Shown here: positions 1 through 8,178 of the stretch, in pieces
How positions within the stretch are numbered: position 1 is the stretch's first letter
How the letters are laid out: every line of letters starts with the position of its first letter
From: Bacillota bacterium
GTDB lineage: Bacteria; Bacillota; JAAYKD01
DNA: 23,056 bases
Assembly: GCA_963666425.2 (NCBI GenBank)
Contig: CAXXTX010000001.1
Location: forward strand, 1 to 23,056
Reading direction: 5' to 3'
Program-made: the position numbers and the translations under genes
Notes under the pieces: model-generated
Told to the model about the DNA's origin: nothing
The model's input: only the letters and a program-made list of their open reading frames with translations
The model's database searches: none

Positions 1-22
1 TTAAGGTAAAATATTCTGGCCA

Positions 23-51
23 TTGCTTTTTCTGAAAAGCCATGCTAACAT
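23..51 (+). promoter_or_regulatory. Possible SigA promoter for the flavoprotein operon
   Basis: TTGCTT(23-28)-N17-TAACAT(46-51) with TG extended -10; imperfect match. Confidence 0.3.
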
Positions 52-110
52 CTTAGCATAAAGAAAACAAATTCCTACTCATATCGAAATTCTTAATAGA
101 GAAAGGGTGT

Positions 111-770
111 ATGAAAATGCCGGAAGAAACCAAATTCACTTCAGAACAGCCCGGGTTGCAGCGGGATAGCTTGCAGCCGCAGCCGCTCTTGCCGAACCAA
201 ACGGCGCCCTGTCCGCGCACGCTGATCTTCAACGGTTCTCCCCGCAAAAATGGCAACACAGTCTACTTAATTGAAAAACTGAAAGAACAATTGAATGGTG
301 AGGTGCATGTTGTCAACGCCTATGGCAGCAAGATCAGTCCCTGCATCGACTGCCGTTATTGCTGGAGTCATACAGGCTGTTCCATCCAGGATGAGATGCA
401 GGAAATTTATCGCGAAATTGAAAGCTGCGACAATGTGATAATCGCCTCTGCCATCCAATTTTCTGAATTATCCGGGGCTTTGCTGGCACTTACCTCCCGT
501 TTACAGACCTATTATGCCAACCGGAGAATCCGCAAGATCAAACCGCAGATCAAACCGAAACGCGGCGGCATCATCCTGTGCGGTGGCGGCGACGGCAAGG
601 CCGACACGGCGCGCGATACCGCCAGGATTCTTCTGCACGAAATGAATGCAAAATTGGTCGGCGAAGCAGTTTCTCTCGATACAGATCACCTCGCAGCGGC
701 TCAGGATGAAAAAGCGCTGCAAGCGGTAGCGGATCTGGCGGAGAAACTGAATGACGGAGTGAGAGCATGA
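111..770 (+). CDS. Flavodoxin-fold iron-sulfur flavoprotein / NADPH-dependent FMN reductase family
   Basis: FMN-binding loop IFNGSPRKNGNT; Cys cluster CIDCRYC-x5-C; KRGGIILCGG; preceded by GAAAGGGTG. Confidence 0.85.
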   Translation: MKMPEETKFTSEQPGLQRDSLQPQPLLPNQTAPCPRTLIFNGSPRKNGNTVYLIEKLKEQLNGEVHVVNAYGSKISPCIDCRYCWSHTGCSIQDEMQEIYREIESCDNVIIASAIQFSELSGALLALTSRLQTYYANRRIRKIKPQIKPKRGGIILCGGGDGKADTARDTARILLHEMNAKLVGEAVSLDTDHLAAAQDEKALQAVADLAEKLNDGVRA

Positions 771-1162
771 TCATCGTAAAAATAATTCTCAGTCTGCTTT
801 GTGCTGCTTTGGTGGTTTACCGCATCAGCCACACTCAAAATCAACCAGCAGCGGAGAATTTGCTCTTTCATAATCGCCCCAAACGCGCGGTTCTGCCGGA
901 TAGCGGTACCGCCTTATACACCATTCATCGCAGCCGCGGTTTGCAGTTGGTGGAGTGGAAGGGAGGCTTTTTCGATCTGGATTTGTGTGTCTATTTTTCC
1001 AAGGATCGAAAATCCGTCCTGGATTTAGGTTATGACATCTCCGGCATCAAGTCGGGAGGAAAAAACAGTTTCCGTGAACAACCCTTCCGCTCCTTTGCGG
1101 AATATGAGCGTTTTAAAAAAGAACATCAATTGGTGACCCAGATCATTGCGAAAGAGAATTAA
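767..1162 (+). CDS. Hypothetical protein with N-terminal hydrophobic anchor or signal
   Basis: ATGA overlap with upstream stop; GGAG upstream; IIVKIILSLLCAALVVY hydrophobic segment; ends at terminator. Confidence 0.7.
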   Translation: MIIVKIILSLLCAALVVYRISHTQNQPAAENLLFHNRPKRAVLPDSGTALYTIHRSRGLQLVEWKGGFFDLDLCVYFSKDRKSVLDLGYDISGIKSGGKNSFREQPFRSFAEYERFKKEHQLVTQIIAKEN

Positions 1163-1202
1163 AAAAACAGACCTTCTCTCTAAGAGAGAAGGTCTGTTTT
1201 TT
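1162..1202. terminator. Bidirectional intrinsic terminator
   Basis: Perfect 19-bp inverted repeat AAAAAACAGACCTTCTCTC-TAA-GAGAGAAGGTCTGTTTTTT between two convergent stop codons. Confidence 0.92.
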
Positions 1203-2898
1203 AAGATTCAATCGCAGCTTTTTCTTGCAGCACGGCAGCAATCCGCTGCGGATCAAATTTGGGATGCCGCCGATCGGTATAGAGTCCGTTTTTTTCTTGC
1301 TCCACGTCGGTCAGCTGCGTATAACAGAGTGCGCAGAAATTCGGGTTTTGCAGGATGGAACGCGTCAGTCGGCTGAAACGGTCTAAAAACTCCTCTTCGC
1401 TGTGCGGCCGCTCGCCGTAACCCCAGCCGTCCGCTGCCGCAGGGCACCACCAGATGCCGCCATATTCACTCATAAAAGTGGGCCGATCCGGTTCGCCGTT
1501 GACCATGGCTACCGTTTCGCCAAGCATCAGCTTATCATAGCGGGCTTGAAAAACAGCGGGGTTTTGTTCATAATCATGGGTATCGACGAGATCGCTCAAC
1601 CCCCTGACATGGGTCCAACCGGAAGTATCAATCACCGGTCTGGTTTGATCATAAGCGTGTGTGAGAGCAACCGCCATATGCACTAAAGCTTGGTTCTGAT
1701 CTTCTTGCGTTTCATTGCAGGGACACCATCCCACCAGAGCCGGATGATTGTAATCGCGTTCCAGAATTTGCAGCCACTCCGGCAGAAAGCTCTGCCAGGC
1801 TTCGGCCTGAGCTAAATCGAGCCCCCAATCGCCGTATTCTCCCCAAACCAAATAACCGAGACGATCACAATGATACAGAAAGCGCGGCTCAAAAACCTTC
1901 TGATGCAGACGCGCGCCCTGAAAGCCCATCGCCTGCGAGAGCAGGATGTCCCTTTTCAATTCTTCATCGTCGGCGGCAGTATAAATGCCATCGGGATAGA
2001 AACCCTGGTCCAGCACCAGACGTTGGAATAAAACTTGGCCGTTCAGCAGCAGTTTCCCTTGCTGATAAACAATATCCCGCATGCCAAAGTAGCTTTCTAC
2101 GCTGTCCTCGCCGAGTGTCAGGCGCAGATCATATAAATTCGCCTGACCGGGAGCCCATAGCTGCAGTTCATGCAACCGTAAACAGAGCACAGCTTTCTTG
2201 CCGGAAACGACTGCTTCGGCACTGCCTACGGTTCTACCGGCAAAAAACGCTTCCGCTTTGCAGGTCATACCATGAGCGTTGGCACAAACCGCTTCGATTA
2301 GCAGAGACTGTTCAGCAAGCAGCGGGGTATAGCGGGTGGTAACAATCGCAGCGTCAGGCAGGTTTTCCAACCAAACCGTCTGCCAGATGCCAGTTGTTCT
2401 GGTGTAATAACAACCGTACGAATTATAGCTGCGGCTCTGCTTGCCACTTGGCTGCTGCCGGCTGCGCAAATCGTCTTCGGCGCAGACGGTGATGCGGTTT
2501 TCTCCCGGAACCAGCCAGTCAGTCAGATCAAAAGAAAAAGAGACGAAGCCGCCGCTGTGACTGCCGACCGCATGGCCGTTGAGCCAAACTTCCGTGCGGT
2601 AATCACAGGCGCCAAAATGCAGCAGTGTGCGGCGGTGACTGAGCAGCCAATCCTGCTCAATTGTGACCGTGCGCAAATACCAGACGCAGGGCATAAAATC
2701 TGTGCAGCCGATGCCGGAGAGTTTGCTTTCCGGGCAAAAGGGGACCAGAATTTCTTGCCGGAGATGTTCTGCTTCGGGTAATCCGCGCGCTCGTCCGCTT
2801 TTCCCGGGATCCATTTCAAAGTTCCAGGTACCATTAAGGTTTTGCCAAATCGGTCGTACCAGCTGCGGCCGTGGGTATTCCTGACGAGGATTATTCAA
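1201..2898 (-). CDS. Glycoside hydrolase family 2 (beta-galactosidase/beta-glucuronidase-like)
   Basis: PRQEYPRPQ start, WQNLNGTWNF, LHFGACDY, YTRTTGIWQTVWLE, LDQGFYPDGIYT, acid/base CNET and nucleophile SEYGG motifs, YTQLTDVEQEKNGL; TTG start with AGGAGG SD at 2913-2908. Confidence 0.92.
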   Translation of the reverse strand: MNNPRQEYPRPQLVRPIWQNLNGTWNFEMDPGKSGRARGLPEAEHLRQEILVPFCPESKLSGIGCTDFMPCVWYLRTVTIEQDWLLSHRRTLLHFGACDYRTEVWLNGHAVGSHSGGFVSFSFDLTDWLVPGENRITVCAEDDLRSRQQPSGKQSRSYNSYGCYYTRTTGIWQTVWLENLPDAAIVTTRYTPLLAEQSLLIEAVCANAHGMTCKAEAFFAGRTVGSAEAVVSGKKAVLCLRLHELQLWAPGQANLYDLRLTLGEDSVESYFGMRDIVYQQGKLLLNGQVLFQRLVLDQGFYPDGIYTAADDEELKRDILLSQAMGFQGARLHQKVFEPRFLYHCDRLGYLVWGEYGDWGLDLAQAEAWQSFLPEWLQILERDYNHPALVGWCPCNETQEDQNQALVHMAVALTHAYDQTRPVIDTSGWTHVRGLSDLVDTHDYEQNPAVFQARYDKLMLGETVAMVNGEPDRPTFMSEYGGIWWCPAAADGWGYGERPHSEEEFLDRFSRLTRSILQNPNFCALCYTQLTDVEQEKNGLYTDRRHPKFDPQRIAAVLQEKAAIES

Positions 2899-2928
2899 TT
2901 GAGTCAGCCTCCTAAACGCATTTTTTTA

Positions 2929-2957
2929 ATTCTAGTGGAAATTGCAAAAAAAATCAA
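2929..2957 (-). promoter_or_regulatory. SigA promoter for the GH2 gene
   Basis: Minus strand TTGATT(2957-2952)-N17-TAGAAT(2934-2929). Confidence 0.6.
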
Positions 2958-2965
2958 GAGAAAGC

Positions 2966-2994
2966 TTGTCAAAATTCTATTAATTTGTTAGAAT
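2966..2994 (+). promoter_or_regulatory. SigA promoter for the GNAT gene (back-to-back with the GH2 promoter)
   Basis: TTGTCA(2966-2971)-N17-TAGAAT(2989-2994) with TG extended -10. Confidence 0.65.
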
Positions 2995-3027
2995 GAGTCG
3001 AATAGCAGCAGAGTGAGGCGAAATGAA

Positions 3028-3558
3028 ATGCCAACAGAATATTTTATGCAAAGCGAACGCATCAGCTTCCGATACTGGCACCGGGAAGATCTGTCATTGG
3101 CGCGCAGCTTATGGGGTGACGCCGCTGTGACGCATTGGATTTGCGCCAGCGGCCTTTTCAGCGAAGCGGAGATCAGCGCCAGACTGGCAAAAGAAATTGA
3201 AAATCAGCAAAATCATCAGATGCAGTATTGGCCGATCTTTCTTTTGGCAACGGGAGAATTCTTAGGCTGCTGCGGCTTACGCCCTTATGATCAGGAGCAG
3301 GGAATCCTGGAAATTGGGGTGCATTTAGTCCGCACGCAATGGGGAAAAGGTTTGGCAACCGAAGCGGCGCGGCGCGTCATGATTTATGCCGCAGAAGTAC
3401 TGCAGGCCAAAGCGCTTTTTGCCGGTCACCACCCCAACAACAGCGGTTCCAAAAAAGTCCTGCAAGGGTTGGGCTTTTGCTACCTGAAAGACGAATATTA
3501 TGCACCTACCGGCTTGCTGCATCCATCCTATCTTTATTGGCTGGCAAAGCATTCTTGA
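3028..3558 (+). CDS. GNAT N-acetyltransferase, RimJ/RimL-like
   Basis: TGEFLGCCGLRP, EIGVHL, acetyl-CoA motif QWGKGLATEAA, HPNNSGSKKVL..LGF; ATG 3028 follows GAGG (ORF track starts at GTG 3013). Confidence 0.88.
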   Translation: MPTEYFMQSERISFRYWHREDLSLARSLWGDAAVTHWICASGLFSEAEISARLAKEIENQQNHQMQYWPIFLLATGEFLGCCGLRPYDQEQGILEIGVHLVRTQWGKGLATEAARRVMIYAAEVLQAKALFAGHHPNNSGSKKVLQGLGFCYLKDEYYAPTGLLHPSYLYWLAKHS

Positions 3559-3583
3559 CAGTCGAGACTGCCAATGATAAAAT
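3555..3583 (+). promoter_or_regulatory. SigA promoter of the ABC-F leader
   Basis: TTGACA(3555-3560)-N17-TAAAAT(3578-3583) with TG extended -10; near consensus. Confidence 0.8.
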
Positions 3584-3612
3584 AGAATAAATTGACGATA
3601 GGAGATGTAAGG

Positions 3613-3624
3613 ATGCGCAGCTAA
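3613..3624 (+). CDS. Leader peptide / uORF (Met-Arg-Ser) of the ABC-F attenuator
   Basis: AGGAGA SD (3600-3605), 7-nt spacer, ATG CGC AGC TAA; position matches the short uORFs known in ARE-ABC-F leaders. Confidence 0.6.
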   Translation: MRS

Positions 3625-3770
3625 TCTTGCTCTAATCAGACAAAGAAATAAAACGGCAGCAGAGCCGTTGATTCTTTGTGTCAAAAGCAAGAGAGCAGAA
3701 TCAGCCTTACATCAGCAGGGAAGCCGAATTTGCAAAAAGAATGCTCGGCGCCGCTTCCTGACCTTGTACC

Positions 3771-3804
3771 AGACTGCAAGAAGCTGCTTTCTTGCAGTCT
3801 TTTT
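3771..3804 (+). terminator. Attenuator terminator in the 5' leader of the ABC-F gene
   Basis: 12-bp perfect stem AGACTGCAAGAA/TTCTTGCAGTCT followed by TTTT, ending 20 nt before the ATG. Confidence 0.8.
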
Positions 3805-3823
3805 ACGATATGAGGTGAAAATA

Positions 3824-5296
3824 ATGTCCTTGATTGCCATACAAAATTTAACCTTTGCCTATGAAGGCAGCTATGATACGATCTTTAAGCAGGTCAATCT
3901 GCAATTGGACAGCAATTGGAAACTGGGCTTTGTCGGCCGCAATGGCAGGGGGAAAACGACCTTTCTGCGCTTGCTTTTAGGCGATTATGCTTATCAGGGA
4001 ACAATTTCGGCCGCTGTAGATTTCCAGTATTTTCCCTTTGCGGTTCCCGATCAGGAAAAAAACACGCAGCAAATCATGACAGAGATCTGCGGGGAAGCGC
4101 AAGTTTGGCAAATCAATCGGGAAATTTCCCTCTTGGATCTGACAGACGACGTTTTGCTGCGGCCTTTTTCCACCTTAAGCGAAGGAGAAAAGACAAAAAT
4201 ATTGCTGGCAGCACTCTTTTTACGGCAGGATTCCTTCTTATTGATTGATGAGCCGACCAATCATCTCGATCTGAAAGCACGGCAGATCGTCAGCGATTAT
4301 TTACAGCGCAAAGCCGGTTTTATTCTGGTTTCGCATGACCGCAGCTTTTTGGACCATTGTGTCGATCATATCCTGGCGATCAATCAAGCCAATATTGAAA
4401 TCCAACGCGGCAATTTCTCCTCCTGGTGGCTGAATAAAAACCGGCAGGATCAATTTGAATGGGACGAAAATGAGAAACAGAAAAAGGAAATCGGGCGTTT
4501 GCAGGAATTGGCCAAAGCAACTGCCGTCTGGTCCCAGCAAATAGAGAACACAAAGATAGGGCAAGGTCCGGTCGACCGCGGCTACATCGGGCATCAGGCA
4601 GCAAAAATGATGAAGCGCAGCAAGAACACAGAAAAGCGCGTGCAGCGCAGCATCGAAGAAAAAGCGAAGCTGCTGAAAAATCGGGAAACGGCCGAAAAGC
4701 TTGCCATCCATCCCCTGCGTTATCATGCAGATACCTTGCTGGAACTGCGGGATGTCAGCGTCAGCTACGATCAGCGCATCGTCTGTCAGAACATCCGCCT
4801 GGCAGTGCACCGCGGCGACCGCATCGCTTTGACGGGTAAAAACGGCTGTGGTAAAACCAGCCTGCTCAAACTGATTTTGGGTAAAGATATCCCCTATCAA
4901 GGCGTCATTTACCGCGGCAGCCAGCTGAAAATCTCCTATGTGCCGCAGGATACGTCTTTTTTGCATGGCGATTTAAAAGCTTTTGCCGAGCAAAACGGTA
5001 TTGATGAAAGCTTGTTCAAAACGATCTTACGCAAGCTGGATTTTTCCCGCCTGCAATTTGAAAAACCGATGCAGACTTATAGCATGGGACAGAAGAAAAA
5101 AGTGGTGATCGCGGCCAGCCTCTGTGAAAAAGCGCACCTTTATCTCTGGGATGAACCGCTGAATTATATTGATCTGCTGTCGCGCATGCAGATTGAAGAG
5201 ATTATTTTACAGGATGCGCCTACGATTGTCTTTGTGGAACATGATGCTGCTTTCGTGCAGCGAATTGCAACGCAGATCATCACCCTGCAGCGCTAA
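3824..5296 (+). CDS. lsa: Lsa-family ABC-F ribosomal protection protein (lincosamide/streptogramin A/pleuromutilin resistance type), 490 aa
   Basis: N-terminus MSLIAIQNLTFAYEGSYDTIF..WKLGFVGRNGRGKTT; two NBDs (LIDEPTNHLD; GKNGCGKTS; LYLWDEPLNYID); linker DRGYIGHQAAKMMKRSK; no TM segments; GAGGTG SD before ATG 3824 (ORF track start 3668 lies in the leader). Confidence 0.9.
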   Translation: MSLIAIQNLTFAYEGSYDTIFKQVNLQLDSNWKLGFVGRNGRGKTTFLRLLLGDYAYQGTISAAVDFQYFPFAVPDQEKNTQQIMTEICGEAQVWQINREISLLDLTDDVLLRPFSTLSEGEKTKILLAALFLRQDSFLLIDEPTNHLDLKARQIVSDYLQRKAGFILVSHDRSFLDHCVDHILAINQANIEIQRGNFSSWWLNKNRQDQFEWDENEKQKKEIGRLQELAKATAVWSQQIENTKIGQGPVDRGYIGHQAAKMMKRSKNTEKRVQRSIEEKAKLLKNRETAEKLAIHPLRYHADTLLELRDVSVSYDQRIVCQNIRLAVHRGDRIALTGKNGCGKTSLLKLILGKDIPYQGVIYRGSQLKISYVPQDTSFLHGDLKAFAEQNGIDESLFKTILRKLDFSRLQFEKPMQTYSMGQKKKVVIAASLCEKAHLYLWDEPLNYIDLLSRMQIEEIILQDAPTIVFVEHDAAFVQRIATQIITLQR

Positions 5297-5386
5297 AAAG
5301 CTACTTGCGCGGCAAATCAGCGCATGATAAGATGGCAGAAGAAATTGTCCGATTGCCGCAAGGCAGGGGGGAAAGGAGGGAACGCG

Positions 5387-6019
5387 ATGATACAGGACGA
5401 AGCGACTGAACTCGCTCAGCTGGTCTTGGCAGCTCAGCGCAAAGACGAAGCGGCTTTTGAGCAATTGGTTCATCTCTACGAAAAAAAAGTCTATCAATTG
5501 GCTTATCGGATGGCGGCCAATCCGGATGATGCTTTGGAAATGACGCAGGAGATTTTCCTGAAACTCTACCGTTCCCTCGACAGTTTTAAAGGAGAATCCA
5601 CGTTCAATACCTGGTTCTACCGCCTGGCTACCAACGCCTGCCTTGATTTTTTGCGAAAACGGCAGCGGGTGGAGAAGGTCGTAGCTTTTAGTTTGAATCA
5701 GAAAGATGTTTTTGAAAAAGAGACGGAGCCAAGCGATGCTTCCCCGCTGCCACAGGAGCTTTTGGAACGCTCCGATCTGCAGTCTTTGGTGCAGGAAGCC
5801 TTAAAGTTACTCAACCCGGATCAGAAAATCATCCTGATCCTCTGCGATATCGAAAACAGAAGTTACGAAGAAATTGCAGAGCTGCTGCAATGCCAATTGG
5901 GCACGGTCAAATCCCGTATTTTCCGTGCCCGCAGCGCGCTGCGGCAGATCGTTCTCAGCCGGGCGGAACTTTTTCAAGGGTATTTGCGTCATACTGATCA
6001 GAAAGGAGGTTCTGAATGA
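5387..6019 (+). CDS. ECF RNA polymerase sigma factor (SigW/RpoE-like)
   Basis: Region 2 DALEMTQEIFLKLY..FKGESTFNTWFYRLATNACLDFLRK; region 4 SYEEIAELL..GTVKSRIFRAR; AAAGGAGG SD before ATG 5387. Confidence 0.93.
   Translation: MIQDEATELAQLVLAAQRKDEAAFEQLVHLYEKKVYQLAYRMAANPDDALEMTQEIFLKLYRSLDSFKGESTFNTWFYRLATNACLDFLRKRQRVEKVVAFSLNQKDVFEKETEPSDASPLPQELLERSDLQSLVQEALKLLNPDQKIILILCDIENRSYEEIAELLQCQLGTVKSRIFRARSALRQIVLSRAELFQGYLRHTDQKGGSE
5965..5993 (+). promoter_or_regulatory. ECF-type promoter inside the 3' end of the sigma gene, facing the anti-sigma gene
   Basis: GGAAC(5965-5969)-N17-CGTC(5987-5990)ATA, just upstream of SD AAAGGAGGT(6002-6010). Confidence 0.55.
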
Positions 6020-7164
6020 TGAATTGTCAGGATTGCAGAGCAGAATTATCTGCCGTTTTATCCCTGCCGGAAGAACAATGGCCCCCGGAACTCAGACAGC
6101 ATTTAGCGGAATGCGCCGCTTGCCGTCAGGAAATTCTTTGGCTGCAGAAAGTTCAAGCTGCAATCAGAGCGGATCATCCGACGGAACTTCCACCAAATCT
6201 GCATAGCAGTATTATGGCGGCTATCGCAGCCGAAAAAATGACGGCTGTTGCGGCAGCGAACAAGACAGGCGACAGCGCCAAAACGAAAGCGCTTCAGGCA
6301 AAAAGCGGGAAGCGGCACTGGCGGTTTTGGACTACCGCCGCGATCGCGGCAATCGCCGCGGTTGCGATGCTGATCCAAACTTCGGGTCTTTTGGTTCGGC
6401 CGGAGCAAACGACGGCTGAGGTTGGCATCACGGATACAGCAAAACAATATGACGCGGCGGCGGATACAAACGAAAGCGCGGAGCAGACAGCAAAAACAGA
6501 GCAGGAAGCGAATAGCACTGAGATACAAAGAGCCATTCCGTCTCTGCCGGGAGTGCCAACAGCCTGTGAACCGCCTAGTGACAGCGAGACAGCACCCGTG
6601 AAGGAAGCGACAGGCGGCAGTAAAATGTTGGCTAAACCTCCCGAAGCAAACCTCACCGATCCAACTGTGACTAACGACACACTGCTGCCGGAAGCAAGCG
6701 TTGCTGCCACGGACAGTGCGGCGGCACCAAACAGTACGGCTGACCCGGATGGCTTGTCAGAACCGACTGCGCTCTATGGTTTAGCGGCAGCACCGCCAAC
6801 CGCTTTGGTGCAGCCAGAGCCACGCAGCGTGCAAATTGAACTGGATCAGACGCTGCAGGAAGCAATTTTAACGGCGGCGGAGCACAGTCCCTTAGCTTAT
6901 GAACTCATAGCGGCCACCGCAGAAGGATCTCTGACAGAATTAAAAATAGAAGGAACCGGGGAGGAACTCGTCGAACTCTTGCAAGGAATCGTGATTCCTG
7001 CCGATTCTACGGTTTCTTTACCTGTCTTCAGTTTACAGCCAACGGGAGATTCGGAGAAAACCACCGACCAAAACGAGGTCAGTGTCTATCCGATCGGTTC
7101 TCGCTGTGTAGCATTGCAGGCAGGAACGGTTTATCAATTGAGTTTTGAGTTTCAAGTTAAATAA
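6016..7164 (+). CDS. Membrane-anchored zinc-binding (ZAS, zf-HC2) anti-sigma factor
   Basis: MNC..C..HLAECAAC (HxxxCxxC) motif; single TM WTTAAIAAIAAVAMLI; ATGA overlap with the sigma gene; strong SD. Confidence 0.88.
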   Translation: MMNCQDCRAELSAVLSLPEEQWPPELRQHLAECAACRQEILWLQKVQAAIRADHPTELPPNLHSSIMAAIAAEKMTAVAAANKTGDSAKTKALQAKSGKRHWRFWTTAAIAAIAAVAMLIQTSGLLVRPEQTTAEVGITDTAKQYDAAADTNESAEQTAKTEQEANSTEIQRAIPSLPGVPTACEPPSDSETAPVKEATGGSKMLAKPPEANLTDPTVTNDTLLPEASVAATDSAAAPNSTADPDGLSEPTALYGLAAAPPTALVQPEPRSVQIELDQTLQEAILTAAEHSPLAYELIAATAEGSLTELKIEGTGEELVELLQGIVIPADSTVSLPVFSLQPTGDSEKTTDQNEVSVYPIGSRCVALQAGTVYQLSFEFQVK

Positions 7165-7174
7165 TGCGTAACAG

Positions 7175-7205
7175 AAAGGCAGGAGAAATTACTCCCTGCC
7201 TTTTT
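7175..7205 (+). terminator. Intrinsic terminator after the anti-sigma gene
   Basis: AAAGGCAGG...CCTGCCTTT stem followed by a T-run. Confidence 0.8.
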
Positions 7206-7249
7206 ACGTGAGATCGTTTTCCAAAGGGAACGATCAGGAGGAGGAAAAA

Positions 7250-8077
7250 ATGACAAAAGACAAAACAACGGAGCGGCAATTTGTGGATTCTCCGGAATAC
7301 TTAGCCAAAAAAGAATATTTCAAACAATTCATTACTGTCTACGGTAAAAAAACAGTGCATGATCTCCTGGCATTCCATGCCGATGTGAAAGTGGAACGGG
7401 TTTTGGTCGCCAAAGACAGCCGTTCCGAAGCGATTCGTGAAATTGTGCAGCTGGCAAACCAACGCAAAATCACGGTTAAAGAAATGGACCGCGAGCAACT
7501 TTCCCGGATTTCCAAAAACAAAGATGAAGATCAGGGTGTTGTTGCGGATGTAATTGGCAAAATCGATAACAATTGGTCAGCCTGGCTGGCTACAGCGCCT
7601 GCCAATGCCCGTTTGATTGCCCTGGATGGCATCACTACCCCGGCGAATTTGGGTATGACCATCCGTTCTGCGGTGGCCTCCGGTTTGGATGGCCTGCTGA
7701 TTCCGGAAGCGGGTATGCCCAGCATCAATCAGCCCTTCGTAATCAAAGCAGCGGCTGCAACCGTTTTCCAGGCGAATATTTACCGCCACCCCACCTTGTT
7801 GGAAGCGCTGCAGCAGGCTGTCACAGCCGGTTTTACCATCTACGGTTTATCCGGTGATGCCAAAGGCAAAAACCTTTTCGGCACGAAGTTTGCCGAAAAA
7901 GCGATTTTTGTCTTGGGTAACGAAAGCGTCGGTATTTCTCCGGAAGTACGAGAGATTTGTCAGCAATTTATCACCATCCCCATGGCGGAAAAAGTGGAAT
8001 CACTCAATGTTTCCGCTGCGGCGACCCTGGTGAGCTACGCTGTTTCCAATGCTGATTTTATGAAAAAGCAGCAGTAA
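7250..8077 (+). CDS. TrmH/SpoU-family (SPOUT) RNA 2'-O-methyltransferase, RlmB-like
   Basis: VYGKK..V, QGVVA, LDGITTPANLG..IRSA, VLGNESVGIS, IPM...VESLNVSAAA; GGAGGAGG SD before ATG 7250. Confidence 0.9.
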   Translation: MTKDKTTERQFVDSPEYLAKKEYFKQFITVYGKKTVHDLLAFHADVKVERVLVAKDSRSEAIREIVQLANQRKITVKEMDREQLSRISKNKDEDQGVVADVIGKIDNNWSAWLATAPANARLIALDGITTPANLGMTIRSAVASGLDGLLIPEAGMPSINQPFVIKAAAATVFQANIYRHPTLLEALQQAVTAGFTIYGLSGDAKGKNLFGTKFAEKAIFVLGNESVGISPEVREICQQFITIPMAEKVESLNVSAAATLVSYAVSNADFMKKQQ

Positions 8078-8178
8078 TTATATCGAAGCCAAAAAAAGAA
8101 TAACCTTGCTTAAGTCCGACTCAAAGTTCCACAGATGCAGATGACAGAAATGCGAATCAATCAGGAAAAGGAGAGATT

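Noticed and set aside
3668-3823. 52-aa N-terminal extension of the ABC-F in the ORF track
   Set aside because: It runs through the attenuator and terminator; family-like sequence and the SD begin at ATG 3824
7212-7235. Hairpin GATCGTTTTCC-AAA-GGGAACGATC just upstream of the methyltransferase SD
   Set aside because: Single short stem that does not cover the SD; no evidence for a regulatory role
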